NCBI GenBank assembly: GCA_038922795.1
Contig: JBCKWI010000004.1
Span: 1 to 62,365, forward strand
Direction: 5' to 3'
Length of the DNA stretch: 62,365 bases
From: Gammaproteobacteria bacterium
GTDB lineage: Bacteria > Pseudomonadota > Gammaproteobacteria > Eutrophobiales > Eutrophobiaceae
Under the pieces are notes generated by a model. It did not search any database. It worked only from the letters and a program-made list of their open reading frames with translations, and was not told where the DNA came from. Below, piece by piece: positions 43,100-54,825 of the stretch; the stretch's first letter is position 1, and each line of letters begins with the position of its first letter. The translations under genes and the position numbers were made by a program.

Positions 43100-44044
43100 A
43101 TGCTGCTTGAGACAAACGATTATGCACATGCTGCTGAAACAGACATGGTTACGGGACACATGAAAGAGTTGCGTGGTGTATTAAAACATGACGAGCCAAT
43201 GGCCGATCACACCTCCTGGCGCGCAGGCGGAAAGGCAGATCATTATTTTGAACCTGCTGATCTGGAAGATCTGATTGGCTATCTGAAATCTGTTCCAGCA
43301 GATGAACAATTGTTATGGGTGGGTCTGGGCAGCAATTTGCTGGTCCGTGATGGTGGTTTCCGCGGGAGTGTGATCGCATTGAACCGGGCCTTTAATAATC
43401 TCGAAATCAATGCTTCCGGGCAGGTCAAGGCCGATGCCGGTGTCCCTTGTGCGAAGGTGGCAAGGTTCAGCGCCAGAGAGGGACATACCGGCGCTGAGTT
43501 TCTGGCAGGTATACCCGGTACTATGGGTGGTGCTTTAGCCATGAATGCCGGTGCCTTTGGCCGGGAAACGTGGGATATAGTAACCAGTGTAAAAACACTC
43601 AGCCGTTCCGGCATTATCAATACCCGTTTGCCTGCTGACTTCAATATCGGTTACAGAAGTGTCCAGATACCCGGTGATGAATGGTTTATCTCGGCAGAAT
43701 TGCAGTTACAAAAAGACCACGAAAAAACCGCCGGGCAACGGATCCGTGATTTGCTGGAAAAACGCTCAGCAACACAACCGATGGGTTTGCCCAGTTGTGG
43801 TTCGGTGTTTCGTAATCCAACCGGTGATTATGCTGCAAGACTGATCGATGCATGTGGTCTGAAAGGCAAGCGCATCGGCAACGCCTCTATTTCGGAAAAA
43901 CATGCCAACTTCATTATCAATCACGGCAATGCCACTGCCAGTGATATTGAAAGATTGATTGGTTTTGCACAACAAAGTGTGCTGGAGAAATTTGGGATTG
44001 AGTTGATGCCGGAAGTCAGGATAGCTGGTGAATCACAGGATTAA
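43100..44044 (+). CDS. murB: UDP-N-acetylenolpyruvoylglucosamine reductase
   Basis: HTSWRAGG, GLGSNLL, GIPGTMGG..MNAGA, PSCGSVFRNP, KHANFIIN. Confidence 0.97.
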   Translation: MLLETNDYAHAAETDMVTGHMKELRGVLKHDEPMADHTSWRAGGKADHYFEPADLEDLIGYLKSVPADEQLLWVGLGSNLLVRDGGFRGSVIALNRAFNNLEINASGQVKADAGVPCAKVARFSAREGHTGAEFLAGIPGTMGGALAMNAGAFGRETWDIVTSVKTLSRSGIINTRLPADFNIGYRSVQIPGDEWFISAELQLQKDHEKTAGQRIRDLLEKRSATQPMGLPSCGSVFRNPTGDYAARLIDACGLKGKRIGNASISEKHANFIINHGNATASDIERLIGFAQQSVLEKFGIELMPEVRIAGESQD

Positions 44045-44072
44045 TACTTAAAAAAACTGGTGAGTGTATTAA

Positions 44073-45020
44073 GTGAGTGAAAAAAAAGAATACAAGACGG
44101 GTGAATACGGGAAAGTGGCCGTGCTGATGGGAGGGCTTTCCGCGGAACGGCTCATCTCGCTTGAAAGTGGACAGGCGGTATTTTCCGCACTGAAACGTAA
44201 AGGTGTGGATGCACATGCGATCGATGTTCAACGGGATGTTTTGAAGAAACTGGAACAAGGCAAGTTTGATCGAGTGTTCATTGCCTTGCACGGCAGGGGT
44301 GGTGAAGACGGGTTGATGCAAGGCGCACTGGAGACTATGCAAATTCCGTATACGGGCAGTGGTGTGTTGGGCTCGGCATTGGCGATGGACAAATGCCGTA
44401 CCAAAAAAATATGGCAGAGCTATGGATTACCCACTCCGGCATTTGTTGAGTTGTCCGTAGCCACAGACTGGAAATCAGTGTGTGATGAGCTTGAATTGCC
44501 ATTGATGGTAAAACCCGTGCATGAAGGATCAAGCCTGGGTGCCAGCAAGGTAAGTTATGCGAATGATCTCGAACAGGCGTGGCGTACAGCTTACAGTTTT
44601 GACAAGCATGTTATGGCGGAACGCTGGATAACGGGCAGTGAATATACCGTTCCTCTGCTCAATGGCCGCGCTTTACCAATAATCCGTCTGGTAACACCAA
44701 GAGAATTTTACGATTACATGGCCAAGTATGAAGCTGAAACCACGCAATATATCTGTCCCTGTGGGCTGGATGCAGAACAGGAACAAGCATTGGGACAACT
44801 GGCCTTGTCTGCGTTTAATACATTAGGGGCAAGTGGCTGGGGGCGTATTGATCTGTTGATGGATGAGCAGGGCCAACCCTGGTTGATAGAGGCCAATACA
44901 ATTCCCGGGATGACCAGCCACAGTCTTGTACCGATGGCGGCAAAACAGGCCGGTGTCAGCTTTGATGATCTGGTGATTGGAATATTGAACACGAGTATGG
45001 CAGACAAAATACCGGTTTAA
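44073..45020 (+). CDS. ddl: D-alanine-D-alanine ligase
   Basis: GGLSAER, ALHGRGGEDG, PYTGSG, MDK, EGSS, EANTIPGMT. Confidence 0.98.
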   Translation: MSEKKEYKTGEYGKVAVLMGGLSAERLISLESGQAVFSALKRKGVDAHAIDVQRDVLKKLEQGKFDRVFIALHGRGGEDGLMQGALETMQIPYTGSGVLGSALAMDKCRTKKIWQSYGLPTPAFVELSVATDWKSVCDELELPLMVKPVHEGSSLGASKVSYANDLEQAWRTAYSFDKHVMAERWITGSEYTVPLLNGRALPIIRLVTPREFYDYMAKYEAETTQYICPCGLDAEQEQALGQLALSAFNTLGASGWGRIDLLMDEQGQPWLIEANTIPGMTSHSLVPMAAKQAGVSFDDLVIGILNTSMADKIPV

Positions 45021-45026
45021 CATTTA

Positions 45027-45809
45027 ATGAATACAACTACTGAATTATATAACGAGGTAAAGTCCGCGGAGACAGAGCCTGTAATGCGCAAGGGTTCTTT
45101 ATACGAGCTCATCTTTGCCGTGCTGTTCACTGCATTTCTGGTCTGGACAGGATTTTACCTGCTTAATCCTGCTACCTTGCCAATCAAGCAGGTGCGTATT
45201 GAAGGTGAATTCCGCCATCTGTCGACAAATGCATTACAGAATATGGTTCGTCCTAAAGTTACAGGAGGATTTTTTAATATTGATGTTTCTGCTGTCCGAA
45301 ATACTTTACTGACTGAACCCTGGGTGCGTGATGTTTCAGTGCACCGCGTCTGGCCGGACAGTCTGCAGGTTTTTGTGACTGAACAGGTTGCAGTCGCGCG
45401 CTGGAAAGACACCGGGTTGCTCAACAGAGCATGTCAAATATTTAAACCGGACAGGAGTTCCTTTCCGCCAGGTCTGCCGGTACTGGATGGCCCGGAAGAA
45501 TCACAGGTAATGATGATGGACAAGTACTTTTATCTTCAGAAACAACTGGAACCACTGGCGACGCAGGTCTCTGTTTTACGTCTTGATGAACGCCGGGCCT
45601 GGATGTTTGAATCAGGTGACGGATTGCTGGTAGTTATCGGACGCAAGGATTTTGATGAACGTGTGACGAGATTTGTCGAACTCATGCCCAGGAGCCTGGT
45701 AACAAACATTCAAGATGCCGAAATGATAGATATGCGATATCCCAATGGATTTGCCGTGCGTTGGAAAGAGGGTGTTACGGAAATCCGGAAGGAAAGTGGA
45801 GCATTATAG
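45027..45809 (+). CDS. ftsQ: Cell division protein FtsQ
   Basis: TM helix, POTRA domain, VHRVWPD, IDMRYPNGFAVRW. Confidence 0.94.
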   Translation: MNTTTELYNEVKSAETEPVMRKGSLYELIFAVLFTAFLVWTGFYLLNPATLPIKQVRIEGEFRHLSTNALQNMVRPKVTGGFFNIDVSAVRNTLLTEPWVRDVSVHRVWPDSLQVFVTEQVAVARWKDTGLLNRACQIFKPDRSSFPPGLPVLDGPEESQVMMMDKYFYLQKQLEPLATQVSVLRLDERRAWMFESGDGLLVVIGRKDFDERVTRFVELMPRSLVTNIQDAEMIDMRYPNGFAVRWKEGVTEIRKESGAL

Positions 45810-45811
45810 AA

Positions 45812-47047
45812 ATGGCGAAAAAAACTGACAGAAAAATGATAGTAGGCCTGGATATCGGCACATCGAAAGTTGTGGCGATAGTGGGGGAATTAACGGCCAA
45901 TGGTGAAGTAGAGATTGTCGGACTGGGATCGAGCCGTTCGCGGGGACTTAAAAAAGGGGTGGTGGTTAATATTGAGTCAACAGTGCATTCCATACAACGG
46001 GCCATAGAAGAAGCCGAACTCATGGCGGGATGTAATATCCATTCTGTTTTTACAGGTATTGCCGGCAGTCACATCCGCAGCCTGAATTCAAATGGGATCG
46101 TGGCTATACGGGACAATGAGGTCACGCTTGGCGATGTGGATCGGGTTATCGATGCAGCGAGTGCTGTGGCGATCCCCGCGGATCAGAAGATTTTGCATAT
46201 TTTGCCGCAGGAATTTGTTATCGATAATCAGGAAGGTATAAAAGAGCCGGTCGGGATGTCCGGGGTCAGGCTTGAAGTAAAAGTACACATGGTGACCGGG
46301 GCTGTCAGCGCAGCGCAGAATATTATCAAGTGTGTGCGCCGCTGTGGCCTGGAGGTAGACGATATCATTCTTGAACAAGTGGCTTCCAGTCTTGCGGTGC
46401 TGACTGAGGATGAAAAGGATCTGGGAGTCTGTCTCGTAGATATAGGAGGCGGCACAACGGATATTGCCGTCTTCAGGGACGGGGCTATTCAGCATACTGC
46501 TGTGATCCCGATTGCCGGGGATCAGGTGACTAATGACATTGCCATTGCTCTGCGCACCCCCACGCAACATGCTGAAGATATCAAAGTGCAATATGCCTGT
46601 GCCTTGACCCAACTCGCAAATCCGGAGGAGACAATCGAGGTGCCCAGTGTGGGCGATCGTGCACCAAGGCGCCTCGCCAGACAAACACTGGCTGAGGTTG
46701 TTGAGCCCCGTTATGAAGAACTGTTTACCCTCGTACAGGCAGAACTGCGTCGCAGTGGTTATGAAGACATGATTGCTGCCGGCATTGTACTGACCGGTGG
46801 TAGCTCAAAAATGGAAGGTGTAGTTGAACTTGCGGAGGAGATTTTTCATATGCCGGTACGTATAGGCGTGCCTCAACATGTCACTGGTTTGTCTGATGTA
46901 GTCAGAAATCCGATTTATTCCACAGGCGTGGGTCTTTTGTTGTTTGGGCGAAAACATATTCAGGAGCATACGTCGCCAGTGCGCATGAATAAAGGGTTTA
47001 AAAGTGTTCTGGGAAGAATGAAAAGTTGGTTTCAGGGTAATTTCTAA
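45812..47047 (+). CDS. ftsA: Cell division protein FtsA
   Basis: VGLDIGTSK, VDIGGGT, TGGSS, C-terminal amphipathic helix ending WFQGNF. Confidence 0.98.
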   Translation: MAKKTDRKMIVGLDIGTSKVVAIVGELTANGEVEIVGLGSSRSRGLKKGVVVNIESTVHSIQRAIEEAELMAGCNIHSVFTGIAGSHIRSLNSNGIVAIRDNEVTLGDVDRVIDAASAVAIPADQKILHILPQEFVIDNQEGIKEPVGMSGVRLEVKVHMVTGAVSAAQNIIKCVRRCGLEVDDIILEQVASSLAVLTEDEKDLGVCLVDIGGGTTDIAVFRDGAIQHTAVIPIAGDQVTNDIAIALRTPTQHAEDIKVQYACALTQLANPEETIEVPSVGDRAPRRLARQTLAEVVEPRYEELFTLVQAELRRSGYEDMIAAGIVLTGGSSKMEGVVELAEEIFHMPVRIGVPQHVTGLSDVVRNPIYSTGVGLLLFGRKHIQEHTSPVRMNKGFKSVLGRMKSWFQGNF

Positions 47048-47085
47048 ATCTGGGAATTGTTAATTAATGTTAGGAGGAATTAATC

Positions 47086-48231
47086 ATGTTTGAACTCGTT
47101 GATGCTGAGAATTCAACTGCTGTCATTAAGGTTATAGGTGTTGGTGGTGGTGGTGGGAATGCCGTTGAACATATGGTCAATGCGAATATTGAGGGGGTTG
47201 AATTTGTCTGTGCCAATACAGATGCACAGGCACTGAAAAAATCCTCGGCCAAGACCATATTGCAACTGGGTCACGATGTGACCAAAGGCCTGGGTGCTGG
47301 AGCGGACCCTGAAGTCGGCAGGCAGGCGGCACTGGCAGATCGCGATCGGTTGATGGATGTCCTTGAAGGATCTGACATGGTGTTTATCAATGCCGGTATG
47401 GGTGGGGGAACAGGCACCGGTGCCGCCCCTATCGTGGCACAGCTGGCTAAGGAAATGGGGATACTGACAGTCGCTGTCGTTACCCGGCCATTTTTATTTG
47501 AGGGTAAGAAACGTGCCCAGATTGCAGATCAGGGTATCAAGGAATTGGCCCAGTTTGTGGATTCCCTGATTACCATTCCGAATGAAAAACTGCTGACTGT
47601 ACTGGGTCGTGAGATCAGCCTGCTGAATGCCTTTGCTGCCGCCAATGATGTGTTGCTTGGTGCGGTCCAGGGGATTGCCGAACTGATAACCCGGCCCGGC
47701 TTGATCAATGTCGATTTTGCCGATGTGCGTACGGTGATGTCAGAAATGGGTATGGCCATGATGGGGTCAGGTAAGGCACAAGGCGAAGATCGGGCCCGGA
47801 TTGCCGCGGAAGCCGCTATTTCCAGCCCGTTACTCGAAGATGTGAATCTTTCCGGGGCCAGGGGTCTGCTGGTCAACATTACCGCTGGTATGGATTTATC
47901 CATAGGTGAATTTGATGAAGTGGGTAATACTGTCAAACAGTTCGCCTCAGAAAACGCGACCGTTGTGGTGGGTACCGTGATAGACCCTGAGATGAGTGGT
48001 GAAATGCGCGTTACTATTGTGGCTACAGGGCTGGGGCAGGCCGCAAGAGAAGAAGTATCCAAGGTAAAACTGGTCAGGGCCGCGGTTGGCGGGGGGGTTG
48101 ATTACCGGGATTTTGATGAACCGACAGCTTTACGTCATCAGCGCTCGGAAGCCAATAATAGCCGTTCGACACTTGAAAATGACCCGGATTATCTGGATAT
48201 CCCGGCCTTTTTAAGACGGCAGGCTGATTAA
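47086..48231 (+). CDS. ftsZ: Cell division protein FtsZ
   Basis: GGGGGN, tubulin signature GMGGGTGTG, NVDFAD, C-terminal DIPAFLRRQAD. Confidence 0.99.
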   Translation: MFELVDAENSTAVIKVIGVGGGGGNAVEHMVNANIEGVEFVCANTDAQALKKSSAKTILQLGHDVTKGLGAGADPEVGRQAALADRDRLMDVLEGSDMVFINAGMGGGTGTGAAPIVAQLAKEMGILTVAVVTRPFLFEGKKRAQIADQGIKELAQFVDSLITIPNEKLLTVLGREISLLNAFAAANDVLLGAVQGIAELITRPGLINVDFADVRTVMSEMGMAMMGSGKAQGEDRARIAAEAAISSPLLEDVNLSGARGLLVNITAGMDLSIGEFDEVGNTVKQFASENATVVVGTVIDPEMSGEMRVTIVATGLGQAAREEVSKVKLVRAAVGGGVDYRDFDEPTALRHQRSEANNSRSTLENDPDYLDIPAFLRRQAD

Positions 48232-48343
48232 ACTGATTCCAAAAGGGGCAGGGGGATGTATTTCAAACTTGACAGTAAGGTGATTTACGCTTAAAAAGGA
48301 TGGGTTCTATCCTGTACTACGCTAAAAAAGGATAATAAAATCA

Positions 48344-49255
48344 ATGATAAAGCAACGTACGCTTAAAAACGTTATACGTGCTACAGGCGTAGGTCTACAT
48401 ACTGGCAAAAAAGTCTTGCTGACGCTACGTCCTGCACCGGTGAATACCGGTATCAATTTCCGCCGCATTGATCTCGATCCTGTTATTGAAATACACGCCT
48501 GTCCTGAGAACGTAGGAGACACCAGGCTCTCAACTACATTGACTAGTGGCAAGGTCAGAATATCAACGGTTGAACATCTCCTGTCTGCTCTGGCAGGTTT
48601 CGGGATTGATAATGCTTATATTGATTTGAGTTCCGATGAAGTGCCTATTATGGATGGCAGTGCCGGTCCGTTTGTTTTCCTGATTCAATCCGCGGGGATT
48701 GAAGAACAGAATGCCCCCAAACAATTTATCCGGATAAAACAACGTGTACGTGTAGAGGAGCCTGACAAGTGGGCAATGTTTGAACCCTTTAACGGTTTCA
48801 AAGTTGGATTTACTATTGAATTTGATCATCCGGCATTTAATGAAAGAAATTGCCGTGCCGAAATTGATTTTTCCACTACCTCGTTTGTAAAAGAAGTCAG
48901 CCGCGCAAGGACATTCGGGTTTATGCGGGAAGTGGAATTGTTGCGGGAGAGAAATCTGGCATTAGGCGGCAGCCTGGATAATGCTGTTGTTGTTGATGAT
49001 TACCGGGTACTGAATGATGACGGACTCAGATACGAAGATGAGTGTGTCAAGCACAAGATACTCGATGCAATTGGCGACTTGTATTTACTAGGGCACAGTC
49101 TGATTGGTTCGTTTACGGGCTATAAATCCGGACATGAATTAAACAATCGTCTGCTTAGGCAATTATTGGCTAATAAGTCCGCATGGGAGCTCGTCAGCTT
49201 CAAAGACGAAGTGGATTTACCGATTTCATTTATTCAGCCAATATCCGCCACATAA
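48344..49255 (+). CDS. lpxC: UDP-3-O-acyl-GlcNAc deacetylase
   Basis: [36 protein letters not shown]. Confidence 0.98.
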   Translation: MIKQRTLKNVIRATGVGLHTGKKVLLTLRPAPVNTGINFRRIDLDPVIEIHACPENVGDTRLSTTLTSGKVRISTVEHLLSALAGFGIDNAYIDLSSDEVPIMDGSAGPFVFLIQSAGIEEQNAPKQFIRIKQRVRVEEPDKWAMFEPFNGFKVGFTIEFDHPAFNERNCRAEIDFSTTSFVKEVSRARTFGFMREVELLRERNLALGGSLDNAVVVDDYRVLNDDGLRYEDECVKHKILDAIGDLYLLGHSLIGSFTGYKSGHELNNRLLRQLLANKSAWELVSFKDEVDLPISFIQPISAT

Positions 49256-49265
49256 TAAAAACGAG

Positions 49266-49745
49266 TCAAACACGATCCTGATTATGTTTGGCAAGCTTGA
49301 GCAAGGATAAACGCAAGTCATCATCAGGCATCGTTGCAGCTGTCTGATTAATAAACAGGGCTGATGCTCTGGAAATGACAGGTTTTCTTCTGACAGGTCC
49401 AGGTTGCGTGGAATTGTCAGGTAGTTTGATTTTAATGCGGATAGTTTTTAGCGCAATAAGATTACATTCATTTTTCATGTAATTTAATATGGCCGGAATG
49501 TTATACCTGAGTTTAGCGGCCCAGGCTGCAGAATCAGAATGTAAAACAAGCGTATCATTTACATAATTGGCGACACTGCAATGTGTGTTCAAGGGGGAAT
49601 CGAGGAAAAGACACAGTTTCTTTTCTAGATGAACCAGATAGTCAGCATGCTGACAGAGTCTGCCCAGTACACTGTTTTTGTCTTTCAGCAGTGAAGTGAA
49701 TGTTGCAGGCTTGTTGTTGAAACGGTCAGGCATAGGAAATAACAT
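49266..49745 (-). CDS. dciA: DciA / DUF721 family protein
   Basis: LVLHSDSAAWAAKLRY motif; conserved antisense position between lpxC and M23/secA. Start may be 49733. Confidence 0.78.
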   Translation of the reverse strand: MLFPMPDRFNNKPATFTSLLKDKNSVLGRLCQHADYLVHLEKKLCLFLDSPLNTHCSVANYVNDTLVLHSDSAAWAAKLRYNIPAILNYMKNECNLIALKTIRIKIKLPDNSTQPGPVRRKPVISRASALFINQTAATMPDDDLRLSLLKLAKHNQDRV

Positions 49746-49787
49746 AATAATGGTTAATAATTAACATTATAAGACTTATAAAAAGAC

Positions 49788-50720
49788 ATGGAACTTATTA
49801 TCTTATCGAAAAGGCTGTCCAGGGCCAGCAGGGTTTCATTCAGCCCATACTGGCTGGTTGCAGGCGTGTTTGCTTTTTTATCCATGTTAATAGCCGCATT
49901 CCTGGCGGGTGGTTACTATAGTCTTGAGTACTCTACAAACGCTGTTGCCATGATGTATCAGGAAGCAAAATTAGCCCAACACCAGGCACTGGATCAACAA
50001 CGGGCCATAGTGAGCGAAGCAAAGCAGGAGGCACAGAACAATCTCGATGCATTGGCAGCCCGCCTGAGTAAATTGCAAAGCCATATCATGAGGCTGAATG
50101 CGTTGGGTGCGCGGCTTGCAACTATGGCAAATCTTGATGATATTGATTTCAGTGTCTCGGAACCTCCCGGTATGGGTGGCCCTGAGCCGGTATATCCCGA
50201 GAAATCATTGGGGGTATCTGATTTCATTGAACAACTTGAACGATTGAGTAATGAAATAGCGGACAGAAGTGACAAGCTGACGGCAATGGAGTCCATGTTG
50301 ATGGATAACGACCTTCAGGACAAAACCTTGCCTGATGGTATGCCGGTGGAAGGTGGGTGGATATCATCATTGTTTGGTTGGCGGACTGATCCCATTTCTG
50401 GCAAGAGGGCATTCCACGAAGGAGTAGATTTTGCGGGCAAACCAAAGACATATGTTACAGCAGTTGCCGCAGGAATTGTGACATGGTCAGAAAAACGCAG
50501 TGGCTACGGTAAGTTAATCGAAATAAACCACGGTAATGGTTATGTTACACGTTATGCGCACAATAATGAAAATCTGGTTGTCGTAGGCGATAAAGTCGAA
50601 AAAGGCCAACTAATTGCAGTAATAGGGTCAACTGGCAGATCAACCGGTACTCACGTTCACTTCGAAGTTACACTAAACGGCGAGCACGTCGATCCCGAGA
50701 AATACATATCAGTAAACTAG
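49788..50720 (+). CDS. M23-family metallopeptidase with N-terminal TM and coiled coil
   Basis: SSLFGWRTDP, HEGVD (HxxxD), YAHN, STGRSTGTHVHFEV (HxH). Confidence 0.92.
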   Translation: MELIILSKRLSRASRVSFSPYWLVAGVFAFLSMLIAAFLAGGYYSLEYSTNAVAMMYQEAKLAQHQALDQQRAIVSEAKQEAQNNLDALAARLSKLQSHIMRLNALGARLATMANLDDIDFSVSEPPGMGGPEPVYPEKSLGVSDFIEQLERLSNEIADRSDKLTAMESMLMDNDLQDKTLPDGMPVEGGWISSLFGWRTDPISGKRAFHEGVDFAGKPKTYVTAVAAGIVTWSEKRSGYGKLIEINHGNGYVTRYAHNNENLVVVGDKVEKGQLIAVIGSTGRSTGTHVHFEVTLNGEHVDPEKYISVN

Positions 50721-50796
50721 TATATTATTATCCTGAAACCCAGACGAATAGAATGTTGCTATTCGTGTCTCCAATCATGTAATTCCCTAATCAAGT

Positions 50797-53493
50797 ATGT
50801 TTAATCAATTTGTTAAAAAAATATTCGGTAGCCGTAATGACCGTATTCTAAAGCGGTATAATAAAACAGTTACAAAGATAAATGTTTTGGAGCAAGAGTT
50901 GCAAGGGTTTTCCGATGATAAATTCCCTGCAAAAACTGCTGAATATCGGGAAAGGCTGCAACAAGGAGAGTTACTGGATAATTTATTACCAGAGGCGTTC
51001 GCCATGGTTCGTGAAGCGGCAAGGCGTACTTTGGGCATGCGGCATTTTGATGTGCAACTGGTGGGTGGCATGGTCTTGCATGGTGGTAATATTGCAGAGA
51101 TGCGTACCGGTGAAGGCAAAACCCTTGTCGCTACTTTACCGGCATACCTGAATGCCCTTGAGGGCAAAGGTGTTCACATAATTACCGTAAATGATTATCT
51201 TGCCCAGCGCGATGCTGCATGGATGGGGAAAATATATTCTTTCCTGGGTTTGCAGACTGGAGTCATTATATCCGGTATATCAACTGAACAACGCCGTAAT
51301 GCCTATAACGCAGAAATTACTTATGGCACCAATAATGAATTCGGTTTTGATTATCTACGCGATAATCTTGCATTCAACAAAAATGAACGCGTTCAACGGA
51401 TTATGAATTATGCGATTGTTGATGAAGTTGATTCCATCCTTATTGATGAAGCCAGGACACCTCTTATTATTTCCGGTGCAGTTGATGACAGATCTGACCT
51501 GTATATCAGAATTAATGAAATTATTCCCAAACTAAAACGTCAGCAAGTGGAAAACGGGCCTGGTGATTACACCATAGACGAGAAATCAAAGCAGGCTTAT
51601 CTGACGGAGGAGGGTAACGAGTGTGTCGAGAATTTGTTGCGTGAGGCAAATATAATCAATTCTACACAAAGCCTTTACGATCCAGTCAATATTTCTGTCC
51701 TGCATCATTTGAATGTTGCCCTGCGTGCACATACACTATTTCACAGTGATGTGGAATATCTTATCAAAGATAATCAGGTTATTATTGTCGATGAATTTAC
51801 CGGACGGACCATGCCGGGTAGACGCTGGTCTGAAGGTTTGCATCAGGCGATTGAGGCCAAGGAAGGGGTGCCGATTCAAAATGAAAATCAGACACTCGCA
51901 ACAATTACCTATCAGAATTATTTCCGCCTGTATCACAAGCTTTCAGGCATGACTGGTACGGCAGATACCGAGGCCTATGAATTCCAGCAGATTTACGGGC
52001 TGGAAGTTATCGTAGTCCCGACACATATGCCTATGATACGTGAGGATTTCAGTGATGCAGTTTATCTGAAGGCGTTGGACAAGTTCAAGGCCATACTCGA
52101 GGATATAAAAAATTGCCGTAAAAAGGAACAGCCTGCATTGGTTGGAACAGCGTCGATTGAAGTATCTGAATATCTTTCCGAATTACTTAAAAAGGAAAAG
52201 ATCCCACATCAGGTGCTGAATGCAAAATTTCATCAAAAGGAAGCCGAGATCATAGCCCAGGCCGGCCAGCCAGGTGCCGTTACAATAGCGACCAATATGG
52301 CCGGAAGAGGAACTGATATTGTTTTGGGTGGAAACCTTGAGGCTGAGCTTGATGCACTGGAAAACAAGACTGAAGCTGCAATTAATAAAATCAGGAATGA
52401 GTGGCAGAAACGTCATGATCAGGTTGTTGCCAGCGGAGGATTACACATCACCGGCACCGAACGGCATGAATCAAGGCGTATAGACAATCAGTTACGTGGC
52501 CGCGCCGGCAGGCAGGGCGATCCGGGTTCAAGCAGGTTTTATCTGTCTCTGGAAGATAATCTGATGCGGATCTTTGCTTCTGACAGGATTACCGCAATTA
52601 TGCAGAAGCTGGGAATGGAAGATAGTGAAGCCATTGAATCTACATTAGTCAGCAGGGCGATAGAAAATGCCCAGCGCAAGGTCGAGGCACATAACTTTGA
52701 TATAAGAAAACACCTTTTGGAATTCGACGATGTTGCAAGTGATCAACGCAAGGTTATCTATCAACAGCGAAACGATTTACTTGAAGAGGAAGAAATCTCC
52801 GAAAATATTCATTTAATACGGGAAGATGTTGTCAACCAGATAATTGATACCTACATGCCACCTGGCAGTATTGACGAAATGTGGGATATTCACGGATTGA
52901 GCGAGGCACTGGAACGTGAACTTGGGTTAATTATAGATATTGCAGATTGGCTTGAAAAGGATAGCGCATTACATATGGAATCAATACGGGAAAAAATTAT
53001 TGATTTTGCACGTAATTCCGCGAATGAAAAGGAACAGATTGTTGGTTCTGATATCATGCGGCGGCTGGAAAAACAGGTGATGCTGGATATTCTGGACAGG
53101 CATTGGAAGGATCATCTGATCGCAATGGATCAATTAAGGCAAGGGATACATTTACGCAGTTATGCAGCAAAGAACCCGAAACAGGAGTATAAAAAGGAAG
53201 CGTTTGAACTGTTTGTTGTAATGCTCAATAATATCAAGCTTGATGTAGTACGCTTTCTATCGAAGGTACAGGTCAGGAGTGAACAGGATATTGATGCAGC
53301 TGAGCACCAACATAAACTGCCTGAGAATATAAAATACAATCATCCAGCCGCACAAAATGCATTGAGTAATAACGCCAATGAATCCAGTTCACCAGAGCCA
53401 TTTGTCCGTGAACAACGAAAAGTAGGCAGGAATGAGTTGTGTCCCTGTGGTTCCGGCAAGAAATACAAGCATTGCCATGGAAAATTAAATTAA
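50797..53493 (+). CDS. secA: Preprotein translocase ATPase SecA
   Basis: [38 protein letters not shown]-terminal [14 protein letters not shown]. Confidence 0.99.
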   Translation: MFNQFVKKIFGSRNDRILKRYNKTVTKINVLEQELQGFSDDKFPAKTAEYRERLQQGELLDNLLPEAFAMVREAARRTLGMRHFDVQLVGGMVLHGGNIAEMRTGEGKTLVATLPAYLNALEGKGVHIITVNDYLAQRDAAWMGKIYSFLGLQTGVIISGISTEQRRNAYNAEITYGTNNEFGFDYLRDNLAFNKNERVQRIMNYAIVDEVDSILIDEARTPLIISGAVDDRSDLYIRINEIIPKLKRQQVENGPGDYTIDEKSKQAYLTEEGNECVENLLREANIINSTQSLYDPVNISVLHHLNVALRAHTLFHSDVEYLIKDNQVIIVDEFTGRTMPGRRWSEGLHQAIEAKEGVPIQNENQTLATITYQNYFRLYHKLSGMTGTADTEAYEFQQIYGLEVIVVPTHMPMIREDFSDAVYLKALDKFKAILEDIKNCRKKEQPALVGTASIEVSEYLSELLKKEKIPHQVLNAKFHQKEAEIIAQAGQPGAVTIATNMAGRGTDIVLGGNLEAELDALENKTEAAINKIRNEWQKRHDQVVASGGLHITGTERHESRRIDNQLRGRAGRQGDPGSSRFYLSLEDNLMRIFASDRITAIMQKLGMEDSEAIESTLVSRAIENAQRKVEAHNFDIRKHLLEFDDVASDQRKVIYQQRNDLLEEEEISENIHLIREDVVNQIIDTYMPPGSIDEMWDIHGLSEALERELGLIIDIADWLEKDSALHMESIREKIIDFARNSANEKEQIVGSDIMRRLEKQVMLDILDRHWKDHLIAMDQLRQGIHLRSYAAKNPKQEYKKEAFELFVVMLNNIKLDVVRFLSKVQVRSEQDIDAAEHQHKLPENIKYNHPAAQNALSNNANESSSPEPFVREQRKVGRNELCPCGSGKKYKHCHGKLN

Positions 53494-53522
53494 TCTAGTC
53501 AGAAAATAACTGATAGTTATAA

Positions 53523-54743
53523 ATGGCAGTCGGGCTAAAGGAAAATACTGATCTTCTCCCAATTAAGGGATTGAAATTGGCCGCGTGCTCGGCCGGGATT
53601 TACAAAAAAAAACGTCCGGATCTTGCCCTTATAGCATGTGAACAAGGCACAACAGTTGCCGCTGTATTTACACGTAATGCCTTTTGTGCAGCACCTGTAA
53701 CCGTTGCAAAGGAACATCTGGATAAAGGTTTCCCGTCCTTTCTCCTGATTAATGCAGGCAATGCCAATGCCGGTCTGGGTAAGGCAGGATATGATGCTGC
53801 ATTAGAAACATGTCATTATTTGGCCAACTTATACGGCTGTAACAAGGAGGCCGTATTGCCGTTTTCAACAGGGGTGATTGGAGAACCACTGCCGGTTGAT
53901 AAAATCTGTAATGCTTTACCCGGATTGCTTGAACAGCTGTCTGAAATCAATTGGCTGGATGTAAACAGGGCAATATTGACCACAGACACTGTTACCAAGG
54001 CGATCTCCAAACAAATCACTATCGGCAATCAGCATATCTCTATTACCGGTATCGCCAAAGGTTCTGGCATGATCAGGCCTGATATGGCGACCATGCTGGC
54101 ATTTATTGGTACAGATGCAGCAATCGATACGGATATTCTGAATGAAATTCTGATGCACGCAGTTAATAAATCATTTAATCAGATCAGCGTTGATGGTGAT
54201 ACATCAACCAATGACGCATGTGTATTGATTGCAACAGGCAAATCCGGTGTGCCTCTGATTGATTCGATGGACGGTGAAGCTGCTGTTAAATTCAGTGAGG
54301 CAATTACTGATATATGTGTATACCTGGCCCAGGCCATAGTTAGAGATGGAGAAGGCGCAACGAAATTTGTTACACTTGATATTCGGAACGGTATTAATTC
54401 AGAAGAATGCCGGAAAGTAGCGTCGGCTATCGCGCATTCACCTCTTGTAAAAACTGCATTGTTTGCGTCAGATCCTAATTGGGGAAGAATACTTGCCGCA
54501 ATCGGGCGCGCCGGGCTTGAAAATCTGGATATCAATAAAGTTGCAATTTATATAGGTAATGTTTGTTTCATTGAACATGGTGAACGATCTCCGGATTATA
54601 CAGAATCGACAGGAAGAGCAATATTTCAGAAGGAGGAAATTACTATAACTGTAGATCTGAATCGCGGGAATAAAAACCAGAAACTCTGGACATGTGATTT
54701 TTCATATGAGTATGTCAGGATAAATGCAGAGTATCGCACCTGA
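53523..54743 (+). CDS. argJ: Glutamate N-acetyltransferase / ornithine acetyltransferase
   Basis: NAGNANA, STGVIG, KGSGMI.PDMATML autocleavage site, DGEGATK, DPNWGRI. Confidence 0.97.
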   Translation: MAVGLKENTDLLPIKGLKLAACSAGIYKKKRPDLALIACEQGTTVAAVFTRNAFCAAPVTVAKEHLDKGFPSFLLINAGNANAGLGKAGYDAALETCHYLANLYGCNKEAVLPFSTGVIGEPLPVDKICNALPGLLEQLSEINWLDVNRAILTTDTVTKAISKQITIGNQHISITGIAKGSGMIRPDMATMLAFIGTDAAIDTDILNEILMHAVNKSFNQISVDGDTSTNDACVLIATGKSGVPLIDSMDGEAAVKFSEAITDICVYLAQAIVRDGEGATKFVTLDIRNGINSEECRKVASAIAHSPLVKTALFASDPNWGRILAAIGRAGLENLDINKVAIYIGNVCFIEHGERSPDYTESTGRAIFQKEEITITVDLNRGNKNQKLWTCDFSYEYVRINAEYRT

Positions 54744-54825
54744 GATTAAAATGTATCAAGGCTGATTAGCCTATTGTTTATTACAGCAACAACAGAAAAT
54801 ATTTTATAAAACAATACTGGCTAAA

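Noticed and set aside
48269-48322. TTGACA and a small AGGAT/ATCCT hairpin upstream of lpxC
   Set aside because: The correctly spaced -10 (TAAAAA) is weak and the hairpin is short, so there is not enough support for a promoter or riboregulator call.
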